A stretch of 63,482 nucleotides of DNA, filler included, from Phoronis australis (lineage: Eukaryota > Animalia > Phoronida), in NCBI GenBank assembly GCA_002633005.1. It is 10 parts of 10 records of this genome, joined end to end, with 100 filler letters (N's around TTAATTAATTAA, not from the genome) between each part and the next. Parts side by side here need not be neighbours in the genome. Positions count along the whole stretch, not along the records: positions 24,356 to 32,838 come from NMRA01001892.1; positions 32,939 to 37,174 come from NMRA01002653.1; positions 37,275 to 40,695 come from NMRA01003029.1; 7 more parts are not named here. One strand, 5' to 3'. Below the pieces are notes generated by a model. The model saw only the letters and a list, made by a program, of their open reading frames with translations. It was not told the DNA's origin and did no database searches. The position numbers and the translations under genes are program-made. The stretch's first letter is position 1; each line of letters starts with the position of its first letter. Shown one piece after another: positions 26,302 through 40,795 of the stretch.

Positions 26302-26749
26302 CCCTATTGGAGTAATAAGTAATAAAGGAAAATTTACTACACTGCACACTGCAAAAAAACCTTTGTTGGCTCTTGCAAAAACAGTATGTCCACCTTGTGT
26401 GACCTGGCATTGACGAAGATACCATTACGATTAGCAGGGTCCTTACAACCATTTACATTGAGGTATGCAAATTTTAATTAAACTGTGCATTGTAAAAAGA
26501 AAGAAACTGGAATGAGGTACCGAGGATGAAAATGTGAAAAGATAAGCTCTGCAGAAATGGTCCATGCTAACGAGGTAGAGAGTCCCTGGCTTTCCGCTTC
26601 TGCCGACGACAGTCAACGGTGATTAAAGAAGCGCACAAGTCGTCAGAGTCATCATGGAAAGATGTGGAAATGTTTGCTGGTCGTTTAAGAGGCTGTGTCT
26701 CATGATGAAGTACCGTTTACCTAATAAGGAGTCTGGTACGTAGGCACTG

Positions 26750-27350
26750 GCGCCTTTTTATAGAAGCAGTGACTGCAGTAGCCAGCGGGGTCTCAGAGAT
26801 TACGTAGATGTTGTCCAGAGTGGGAAGGTCGTCCACCTCAAGCTTAGGGGGACTGAACTGTGACGCATGTGTACAGGGTTCCCATTTACCAGTCAAACGG
26901 CCGTATGCATGCCAGTCACAGCAATGGGGTGTCTTGCATCTGCTTGTCAGGTGCCCAAGCTACTTACACTTCAGACAAAGCGGGGCCTCCCTTTCATCGT
27001 CATCAGGACCGGCCAGCTACATTCTTTATTGTAAATCACAGAAAAAGTATGCAGTATCTCTCTCGCTTGTTTTATAATTACTCAACGAACCATTGTTCCA
27101 ACAAATAGCTTCCTGTAATGGAAGACTTCTCTTTACGGCGATGACTTGCCCAAATGGTGAGAGTGACTGAGAAAGGCATGCACCAATCTCACTTCTTTTC
27201 ATATGCCATATGCATGTTTCTAATTTTTCTTCATTCAAAGAACACATACGTTGATCTTAAAAAGTACATTCTTATCGACTTATCATCTCATGCACCCCTT
27301 ATTGAGGTTCTTTCATAATAAAATAATTTTGGAACCATGCTTGCTCCATT
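26750..27350 (-). pseudogene. Tx1-type ORF1 zinc-knuckle relic, unit 1
   Basis: Homologous to 24900-25520 (LSQSLSPFGQVIAV; knuckle region at 26880-26985), frameshifted. Confidence 0.7.
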
Positions 27351-27958
27351 CAGACAGTATAGAGTCGATCTATGGTTTTATTAAAGCAAAGAAAAAATAA
27401 GTACATCATATATGAATGTGGTAGAAATTCAGTTTCTACCATCTATAACATCCTTAATCTATGACTCTGATGTACTGTTTGGTCTTGGTGCTTCTCGTAT
27501 ATGACTCTGGTTTGTTCAGAGTCCTTCTTTTGCTCTTCTATGGTCTTCTAATTAAACATGTTTTGCCAAAGTTTTCATTTTAAAATGCACAAAGTCACAG
27601 CAGAAGCAGGTAATTGGCATTGAGAGTAAGCATTTCTTAACAACCCACAATTAACAGCTACAGCACTGCTTTATTTGATGAAGTCAGTGCTCTGTTTTCC
27701 CAACAGGTGTCACTGCATCGTTTCTTGACCTACAAGCCTTTTTTAATTTTTCGGAAATTAATTGATTGACTTGATGGCCCAGGATTTTTATAATGTTTTT
27801 AGTTTAGAGTTTCATCTGCTTGTATCCTGGTGATGGTGGTAAATAGTTCATTTGATATTTGTTGACTATGCATCTGAATTGTTGCATCAAACACTTACCT
27901 TCACCAGTGTAGTGTATGCAGTCTCTAAATATAATGAAGCTGTTAAACTGCACTAGAT

Positions 27959-28147
27959 ATCGCTTCTCGGCCTTTTGGCTAAGATCAAAGTGTAGTATCT
28001 GTTCTTATCAGCTTAATATCTGATACGTCCCCCATTGGGGGACTTCGATATTAAACTGATTTTTGGAACTGGGCGAAGTGTTAGGGGCTTGCTCCACCTT
28101 TGCCACGGGTTGACCTCGTATTGCAGTACCTCCAGGATTGGCCCACT
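27959..28147 (+). ncRNA. U2: U2 spliceosomal snRNA, copy 2
   Basis: Full-length U2 with the same hallmarks as copy 1. Confidence 0.95.
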
Positions 28148-28559
28148 CCCTATGGGAGTAATAAGTAATAAAAGAAATTTTACTACCCTGCTCTTGCAAA
28201 AACATCTTCGTGATTGGCAAAGATACCATTACGCTTAGCAGGGTCCATACAACCATTAACATTGAGGTATGCAAATTTTAATTAAACTATGCATTGTAAA
28301 AATAAAACTAGAATGAGTTGATAGGTACTGAGGATGAAAATGTGAAAAGATAAGCTCTGCAGAAATGATCCATGCTAACGAGGTAGAGAGTCCCTGGCTT
28401 TCCGCTTCTGCCGACAACTGTCAACGGTCATTAAAGAAGCGCACGAGTAGTTAGAGTCATCAGGGGACGATGTGGAAATGTTTGCTGGTGGTTTCAGAGG
28501 CTGTGTCCCATGATGAAATACCATTTACCAAATAAGGAGTCTGGTACGCAGGCACTAGC

Positions 28560-29180
28560 GTCTTTGTAGAAGCAGCGACTGCAATATCCAGCGGGGTCTC
28601 AGAGACTACGGAGGTGTTGTCCAGAGTGGGATTGTCGTCCACTTCCAGCTTAGGGGGCCTGAACTGTGACGCATGTGTACAGGGTTCCCATTTACCAGGC
28701 AAATGGCCGTATGCATGCCAGTCATAGCAATGGGGTGTCTTGCATTTGCTTGTCAGGTGCCCAACCTACTTACACTTCAGACAAAGCGGGGCCGCCCTTT
28801 CATCGTCATCAGGACCGGCCAGCCACGTTCTTTATAAATAATTGTAAATCACAGAAAAAGTATGCAGTACCTTTCTCGCTTGTTTTATAATTCCTTTATG
28901 AACCATTGTTCCAACAAATAGTTTCCTGTAACAGAAGACTTCGCTTAACAGCGATGACTTGGCCAAGTGGTGAGAGTGACTGAGAAAGACATGCACCAAT
29001 CTCACTGCTTTCCATATGCCATGTGCATGTTTCTAATTTTTCTTTATTCAAAGAACACATACTTTGATCTTAAAATGTACATTCTTATCAACTTATCATC
29101 TCATGCACCCCCTATTGAGGGTCTTTGATTATAAAATAATTTTGGAACCATGCAAAATGTCATGTGCTTGCTCCATTCAG
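28560..29180 (-). pseudogene. Tx1-type ORF1 zinc-knuckle relic, unit 2
   Basis: Homologous to the other spacer copies. Confidence 0.7.
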
Positions 29181-30419
29181 ACAGTATAGAGTTGATCTAT
29201 GGTTTTATTAAAGCAAAGAAAATATAGGTACATCATGTATGAATGTGATAGAAATTCATTTTCTACCATCTATAACAACCTTAATCTATGACTCTTATGT
29301 ACTGTTTGGTCTTGGTGCTTCTCGGATATGGCTCTGGTTTGTTCAGGGTCCTTCTTTTGCTCTTCTATGGTCTTCTAATTTAACACGTTTTGCCAAAGTT
29401 TTCATTTTAAAATGCACAAAGTCACAGCAGAAGCAGGTAATTGGCATTGAGAGTAAGCATTTCTTAACAACTCGCAATTAACAGCTACAACACTGCTTTA
29501 ATTGATGACGTCAGTGCTCTGTTTTCCCAACAGGTGTCAGTGCATCGTTTCTTGACCTACAATCCTTTTGCAATTTTTTTGAAATTAATTGATTGACTTG
29601 ATGGCCCGGGATTTTTATAATGTTTTTTGTTTAGAGTTTCATCTGCTTGTATCCTGNTATGCCATGTGCATGTTTCTAATTTTTCTTCATTCAAAGAACA
29701 CCTCCTTTGATCTTAAAAAGTACATTCTTATCATCTCATGCACCCCCTATTGAGGGTCTTTGATAATAAAATAATTTTGGAACCATGTGAAATGTCATGC
29801 GCTTGCTCCATTCAGACAGTATAGAGTCGATCTATGGTTTTATTAAAGCAAAGAAAATATAAGTACATCATGTATGCATGTGATAGAAATTCAGTTTCTA
29901 CCATCTATAACAACCTTAATCTATGACTCTTATGTACTGTTTGGTGTTGGTGCTTCTCGGATATGGCTCTGGTTTGTTCAGAGTCCTTCTTTTGCTCTTC
30001 TATGGTCTTCTAATTTACATGTTTTGCCAAAGTTTTCATTTTAAAATGCACAATGTCACAGCAGAAGCAGGTAATTGGCATTGAGAGTAAGCATTTCTTA
30101 ACAACCCACAATTAACAGCTGAAGCACTGCTTTAATGGATGAAGTCAGTGCTCTGTTTTCCCAACAGGTGTCAGTGCATCGTTTTTTGACCTACAATCCT
30201 TTTGCAATTTTTTGGAAATTAATTGATTGACTTGATGGCCCGGGATTTTTATAATGTTTTTTGTTTAGAGTTTCATCTGCTTGTATCCTGGTGATGGTGG
30301 TAAATAGTTCATTTGATATTTGTTGACTATGCATCTGAATTGTTGCATCAAACACTTACCTACACCAGTGTAGTGTATGCAGTCTCTTAATATAATGAAG
30401 CTGTTAAACTGCACTCGAT

Positions 30420-30608
30420 ATCGCTTCTCGGCCTTTTGGCTAAGATCAAAGTGTAGTATCTGTTCTTATCAGCTTAATATCTGATATGTCCCCCATTGGG
30501 GGACTTCGATATTAAACTGATTTTTGGAACTGGGCAAAGTGTTAGGGGCTTGCTCCGCCTTTGCCACCGGTTGACCTGGTATTGCAGTACCTCCAGGATT
30601 GGCCCACT
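30420..30608 (+). ncRNA. U2: U2 spliceosomal snRNA, copy 3
   Basis: Full-length U2 with a perfect SLIV stem CCTGG/CCAGG. Confidence 0.95.
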
Positions 30609-30954
30609 CCCTATGGGAGTAATAAGTAATAAAGGAAATTTTACTACACTGCACACTGCAAAAAAACTTTGTTAGGCTCTTGCAAAAAACTTAGGTCCAT
30701 CTTGGGTGATTGGCAAAGATACCATTACGCTTAGCAGGGTCCTTACAACCATTAACATTGAGGTATGCAAATTTTAATTAAACTGCGCATTCTAAAAATA
30801 ATGAAACTAGAATGAGGTGAAAGGTACCGATGATGAAAATGTGAAAAGATAAGCTCTGCAGAAATGGTCCATGCTAACGAGGTAGAGAGTCCCTGGCTTT
30901 CCGCTTCTGCCAACGACTGTCAACGGTGATTAAAGAAGCGCACGAGTAGTTAGN

Positions 30955-31495
30955 TAAGGTCGTCCACCTCAAGCTTAGGGGAACTGAACTGTGACGCATG
31001 TGTACAGGGTTCCCATTTACCAGTCAAACGGCCGTATGCATGCCAGTCACAGCAATGGGGTGTCTTGCATTTACTTCTCAGGTGCCCAACCTACTTACAC
31101 TTCAGACAAAGCTCGGCCTCCCTTTCATCGTGATCAGGACCGGCCAGCTACATTCTTTATTGTAAATCACAGAAAAAGTACGCAGTACCTCTCTCGCTTG
31201 TTTTATAATTACTCAACAAACCATTGTTCCAACTAATAGCTTCCTGTAACGGAAGACTTCTCTTTACAGCGATGACTTGCCCAAATGGTGAGAGTGACTG
31301 AAAAGGCATGCACCAATCTCACTGCTTTCCATATGCCATGTGCATGTTTCTAATTTTTCTTCATTCAAAGAACACCTCCTTTGATCTTAAAAAGTACATT
31401 CTTATCAACTTATCATCTCATGCACCCCCTATTGAGGGTCTTTGATTATAAAATAATTTTGGAACCATGCGAAGTGTCATGGGCTTGCTCCATTC
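30955..31495 (-). pseudogene. Tx1-type ORF1 zinc-knuckle relic, unit 3
   Basis: Homologous to the other spacer copies. Confidence 0.7.
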
Positions 31496-32058
31496 AGACA
31501 GTATAGAGTCGATCTATGGTTTTATTAAAGCAAAGGAAATATAAGTACATCATGTATGAATGTGATAGAAATTCAGTTTCTACCATCTATAACAACCTTA
31601 ATCTATGACTCTTATGTATTGTTGAGTCCTTCTTTTGCTCTTCTATGGTCTTCTAATTTAACATGTTTTGCCAAAGTTTTCATTTCAAAATGCACAAAGT
31701 CACAACAGAAGCAGGTAATTGGCATTGAGAGTAAGCATTTCTTAACAACCCACAATGAACAGCTGAAGCACTGCTTTAGTTGATGAAGTCAGTGCTCTGT
31801 TTTCCCAACAGGTGTCAGTGCATGGTTTCTTGACCTACAATCCTTTTTTAATTTTTTGGAAATTAATTGATTGACTTGATGGCCCGGGATTTTGATAGTG
31901 TTTTTTCTTTAGAGTTTCATCTGCTTGTATCCTGGTGATGGTGGTAAATAGTTCATTTGATATTTGTTGACTATGCATCTGAATTGTTGCATCAAACACT
32001 TACCTACACCAGTGTAGTGTATGCAGTCTCTAAATATAATGAAGCTGTTAAACTGCAC

Positions 32059-32838
32059 GCGTCGCGAGACTCTATACAACCGCCCAAAGAACGGTGGTTT
32101 TTCTCTCGTTGACGTGGCTACTAAATTGAAAGCTTATTGGCTCATGCATCTTCATCGCTACCTTTTTCATCCGACACATTTCCATTACACTACTTACTGG
32201 ATCGGGATGTACTTCCGCGAGGTGAAGCCCGAACTGGCGTCTAATCTCGTTCCTCACTCAGCCTTCATTCCGCCCTTTTACGTCAACCTGTTGGCGTTCT
32301 ATCGGGACTTTCGTCGCCGTTTTTCTAACGTTAATTTTGAGTCTGTCTCAAATAAGTTTATTTATTGGAAGCTTATGAGTTCTATTGTCAAGCCTTTTAA
32401 GATTTCGATTGATCCTAGCTTTCTTCCTCATATTTAGCAAATATGGAGGTATGTTTTTTCCCCCTGTCTAGAGGGACGTGCGACTGACCTGTGTTGGAAA
32501 GTCGTTAATAATTTCTTGCCATTACGTAGTAACTTGTTTGCTCGCACTATTAGCTCGACGGACACGTGCCCGTTCTGCGAACTGTCTCCTGAGACTTCGA
32601 TTCATCTTTTTTATGAGTGCGAGGTTGTTGCTCCCTGTGTGGAGGTCTTAGATGCTATGCTATTTTCTTTGTTGGTGACCATGTTAAGGTTTCCGCATTT
32701 AGTATGTTGTACCTAGTGTTTGCTGGTTTGGATGCCCACCAGCATACCCTATTTCTTATATTGTCAGCAGAGCTAAAGTCTGCCATCTGGTTCATGCGTA
32801 ACAGGTTGTTATTTGATCATGTGCCGTCCTCTACGGAT
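32059..32838 (+). mobile_element. 5'-truncated Tx1/L1-clade LINE ORF2 joined at position -5 of a U2 start
   Basis: RRETLYNRPKNGGFSLVDVATKLKAYWL...LCWKVVNNFLPLRSNLFAR...CPFCELSPETSIHLFYEC...IWFMRN (post-RT region and zf-RVT). In-frame stop at 32435 and frameshift near 32665. Junction aactgcac|gcgtcg versus aactgcac-tcgat-ATCGC in intact units. Confidence 0.88.
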
Positions 32839-33083
32839 NNNNNNNNNNNNNNNNNNNNNNNNNNNNNNNNNNNNNNNNNNNNTTAATTAATTAANNNNNN
32901 NNNNNNNNNNNNNNNNNNNNNNNNNNNNNNNNNNNNNNCCCACCCTCTGTCTCAGGGTTTCCCAATTTAAGCACCCAGGATTTTAACCCGAGAGTTTACG
33001 GTAAGCATAATGAAGCCAGCAGGCTGTTTGACTGGTTACTGCATATCCGAGAAATACCGTTTGGTTATCACTACGGGTAATAA

Positions 33084-33476
33084 CCCACTCTTATTACCCA
33101 ATCTGACAGCTCTATTAATGGTCTCTTCACCAGTGTTTATATACCAGGACACTGTGGCATCTCATTCAACGTCAAGGCAGATGAGCTTGCAGGCATCACA
33201 GAACCGATTGCTGATCTGCTCCTCACACCAGCAGATGTAATCTCCAGAGTGTGTGAATCGCTTACAGATGCCGAGATTGTACAACAGCAGGAGAGATGGG
33301 CAACAAAGCGCCTCATAGAGCGAGGATGGAAATACGGAGATGCAGCAAAAACTCGTATCAGGGGAAAAGATCGAAGAGTGTGTAACCAGCACGAACTTGG
33401 TTGCATCTCCAAATTTACATTGCGTGCGATACTGGAAGGAGGAGGGCCAGATACTATCCCGATGCCTACCCCCTGA
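33084..33476 (+). mobile_element. RNase H-containing retroelement fragment in a WASHC5 intron
   Basis: Open frame contains VYIPGHCGISFNVKADELAG, matching the RNase H C-terminal motif xPGHxGIxGNExADxLA. Confidence 0.6.
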
Positions 33477-33673
33477 CGTCACACCGTCACCACAGAAACA
33501 GAAACAGACATGTCATACAGGTTCATTCTTTGGTATGGCAGAGAGTTTTGCTTGCAATCAGCCTATACTGTATGCAAACAACAGTGAAAGCACTACAATG
33601 TGACTGTGAAATAGCGACAAGACCCCTTCCCCCAAGTTTGAACATGTTACAAGAACATCAGACGAACACTTGC

Positions 33674-36995
<3,322 letters not shown>

Positions 36996-37490
36996 CTGCA
37001 AAACAAGTAACAACAAAACCTGAAAATGTATTCAGTCTTAAGTGAAGTCAAAGATTAAACAAAACGCTCTTCTTCTCACCAAATTTGACAAAAGCAAAAC
37101 TTGAGGGTGGAACATTATTTAACTTGGTGTTACATCCGCTTCATCTGTTTCTGACACCCTTATAGTGTAACCACNNNNNNNNNNNNNNNNNNNNNNNNNN
37201 NNNNNNNNNNNNNNNNNNTTAATTAATTAANNNNNNNNNNNNNNNNNNNNNNNNNNNNNNNNNNNNNNNNNNNNTTTTACATTTTTAGCTGAACATCCAA
37301 AGACTGAAACCAATAGATTTTGAGAAACAGGCCCCATATCACTCACATGGAATTGCACGTGCTTGGGTGTAGGATTTGATGTCACTTCTGCCACCAGATG
37401 GTGCTGTGTTAGCGTGTGGAACTGTGTGTTCTTCAATTGTAGGTGTTTGTTTGTTATATACAGTGTTTGACTTTAGTTTATTGTTTACAG

Positions 37491-40400
37491 TGTTTGACTT
37501 TCACCAACAAGTGGACGGTCTGCAGGAGTCTGGCCGAGGGACAAAGCTGTAAGTACATTGCTAGACTGAAATAACCTGAAAGTTGTACTGTATTCGAGCA
37601 TATTTTAGTTCAAGTATCTGTATCTGAACTAATGTGTTTTCTTGAAGAAATTTTCACTCAGATATTTCACATATAGGCGCGTGCATTTTCACTTGTAGGT
37701 GCAGGCAGCTATGCCTTGCATATGTGCGTGTTTTCGTATCGGTGGTTTTTGTGTGTTTTTTGTCAGTTCTGTGTACTTTTCAATCATTAAATGGTGAACT
37801 GTTGGAAATTTAGACATTTAAGGTTAATAGGTAGGATGCTATAAAAATGGCCAAATTTAGATGACCTCGGAACTTTATATTTCAGAAACGGCTGATTGGA
37901 TTCGTATGAAACTTTCAGATATTATGCTTTATGAAATGTTCTCCAAGACGTTTTAGGAATTGTTTTCAAAGTGTTTCACTTTTGCAAGAGGGGCTATCAA
38001 AAAATAGCACTTTTATTATTTTCATGACAAATCTTTAAAGTTGCATAAAACAAAAATGAAATTGTATTTTAGAAAAGTGTATTGGCTTTTTTGATATCTC
38101 GCCTAGAACATTTATATCTAATAAATGTGATGGTGTTACTGACACCGTTGTTTTGCTGTCAATCAATGTCCCTTTCTTTTTGCTAAATTTTAATTAAAAG
38201 GACCTGGTCACATGAGCCAATTACTAACAGATTGCTAAAAAGTCAGTCAAATTCTACGAGTTTTCTATGTTCAGAAAATATATGCCTTTACTGACTTAGA
38301 ATCTATAGTTTTTAGATATTATGCTAAGTGCACCGACATGTCGATGAAGTCCCACATAACTTTAACGTCCGCCATTTTGTATCGGATAACTCAAGTTTCA
38401 GTCACAGCTTGTTTGTGTAACTGAAGTGTTTCGTGTACGTCCACTTGTGCTTACGGTATTTCTTCACTTATTTAGCACACAATATGGCCGACAAGTGAAA
38501 TACTATTTCGTCAAATTTGTCCTCAAAAAACTAAGATCATGGGAAAATTGGTCCATTATTGACATAGTTTTTACTATGTAGGTGTCATAAAACAACATTT
38601 ACTTAAAGTTTCAACTATTTTAAAAAAGTAATCAACCTTTGAAAAATTGGAAAAATGACACTTTTTGTGTGAAATAAGTGAAGAATTACAGTATTTCCGT
38701 ATGCAGGTGTAGCTTCACATTTGGGTGCATGACAACCATTTACATTTATAAAAGTAGATGCCTGAAAGCCACATGCATTGTCAAAATCAGTGTAATGGAT
38801 ATTGACAATCTCATACTAGAAGTTTGCAGCAGGGAAACTAGTCGTAAAGGCAATCTGTGTAAATCAGTGTCTGTCATTCAGTAGAAATTTGTATTTTGTT
38901 TTTCATTTCAGAATTGGCACCACAAAGAAAGGCATCGGACCGACATACTCCGCCAAAATGCACAGGCATGGCTTACGGGTGTCTGATCTGCTGGGAGACT
39001 GGAACTTGTTTAAAGAAAGGTAGGTTAAAGTCTTCGATCAAACACTGATGTATAAAATAGCTGTACTTGTCAATAAGGACTAGAAGTGTCACATTCTCAC
39101 GTCATGTGAATCACATAGCCGCCCTTGTTTTAGATATTATCTACATGTGCACCGATTATTAAGTGATTTGGTCAGCAAAATTATGTCTTTTCCTGCATTG
39201 TGTTTCTACAATCACTTTCATTGAGCAAACGCAATGACAAAAATTGTGATTGCACTGTGTTACGTGTCAAGTCGAGGTGTCGCCCCCATGAAGAGTTTCT
39301 TGTTTGTGCTTGGTGGTCGCATTGGACAGTTGCCTGGTGACATGAAAATTTTAGTGTCTGACATCAAAGTTAGAATACTGATAACCAGAGGTGAGCTGAA
39401 CCATGCAGGTGTGTGTCGTTATAAATTTCATTGACAACTCATGTTCTGTGTGTGAAAATGGTAGTGTATTTTCCTGACTTCTCGATCTGATTTGCTTGAT
39501 TATAGTTTGTCCGTGACCTTGTCTTGTAGGTTTCGTAATCTGGCCAAATATTACTTGCGTTGCTATGACGATCTGTCAATTGACATCGAAGCCGAAATTG
39601 TGAAGTACGAGGTACGTTTGTGTGACACACCCTTTTGTTGGTGTTATTGTTTAACAATGTCTCAGACCTTGTAGGTTTTAATGCTGAACTATGTTGTCTT
39701 ATACGATTTCCTCTTACGATGCCTGGGGTGTTTGAGATTGTGGCAGTTTCTGGTTTCCCGGAAGAGGTGCTTTTTATGCGCCCACATATTTGTGGGCACA
39801 TGACGTGTGTTCGTGAAAATTTTCAGTTATGTTCCTTTCATGGATGGAACGCCTTGAACAACTGTTACATATTGAAATAGAAAGTTTTAGGCAATTAAGC
39901 TTTACCTTTCTTGTTGTTTGGTGAGGTGAAATTTCTCCAAGTCTTTTGCTTTGTCTTTTGCTTTCTTTTTTCGCGTGCTACAGGTGGCATTTACGCATAG
40001 CATATGTATCATGAATAGCTCGAAGCCTATTGTTTTTAGTTGAAAGTGGACACAAAATGACGCTGTGGTGGCCATTTTTCACTTTTTTGATTTTCGCAGC
40101 TTTCATTTGTACATGCCACTGTGTCACAGCTTATTTCAGTTGGTTGTTTTGACGAAATGACATGGGTTTGTCCCTTGACTCATTCTTCTCAATTGCAGCA
40201 GTCTTTTTTTCTCTCAAATATATGGTGGGGAGTCTGTAGTCCATGCGTTGTCCTCTTGTAGGAGTGGCGCGAGAAGATTCGGCCACTGGTCAGTGACACC
40301 ATCTCTTACCTGCATAAAGCCTTGAAGGAGGACAAGAACATCTTGGTAGAGGGCGCCAATGCTACAATGCTGGACATTGATTTTGGTATGTAAAATCTCT

Positions 40401-40664
40401 TATGAGGTTGTACATTTTTACCAACATTTTCAAAGGCTAAAAATTTGATAGCTGTGGAGCCTTAATTGAATTTGTCACGAGCTACTTATCAATCATGTCA
40501 TTGTTACAGGCACCTACCCTTTCGTCACATCTAGTAATTGTAGTGTGGGAGCAGTGTGCACTGGATTAGGCATCCCGCCTAAGTATGTGGGTGACACCTG
40601 GGGAGTGGTTAAAGCTTTCACCACCAGAGTCGGGCCAGGCGCTCTGCCCACAGAACAAAACAAC
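37491..40664 (+). CDS. ADSS: Adenylosuccinate synthetase, internal exons
   Basis: Exons 37491-37548, 38912-39019, 39530-39611, 40262-40385 and 40510-40664 with GT-AG ends give [10 protein letters not shown]...[15 protein letters not shown]...[26 protein letters not shown]...[12 protein letters not shown]. Confidence 0.96.
37850..38290 (+). repeat. Dispersed intronic repeat (probable non-autonomous DNA element)
   Basis: Aligns with 47850-48265 in the WSB1 contig (cggaac.ttatat.tcagaaa...gaaactttcagata...gaggggctatcaaaa). Confidence 0.7.
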
Positions 40665-40795
40665 GTACGGGTTTGCAGACTTGTGTTGAATTTGANNNNN
40701 NNNNNNNNNNNNNNNNNNNNNNNNNNNNNNNNNNNNNNNTTAATTAATTAANNNNNNNNNNNNNNNNNNNNNNNNNNNNNNNNNNNNNNNNNNNN

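Larger units (their letters stand above)
24356..32058 (+). repeat. Tandem U2 snRNA gene array, unit ~1846 bp
   Basis: U2 starts at 26113 and 27959 (spacing 1846) and at 30420. Spacers are homologous. Single-n joins at 29657 and 30954 disturb the period. Confidence 0.92.

Noticed and set aside
29017-30290. U2-less variant repeat unit
   Set aside because: The jump occurs exactly at a single n (29657), so it is a scaffold join rather than a demonstrated deletion. The same applies at 30954.
26162-30656. ORF-track ORFs overlapping U2 copies
   Set aside because: They are incidental frames across an RNA gene.
32021-32437. 138-aa ORF as an independent gene
   Set aside because: It is a chance fusion of U2 upstream sequence to a truncated LINE ORF2 frame.
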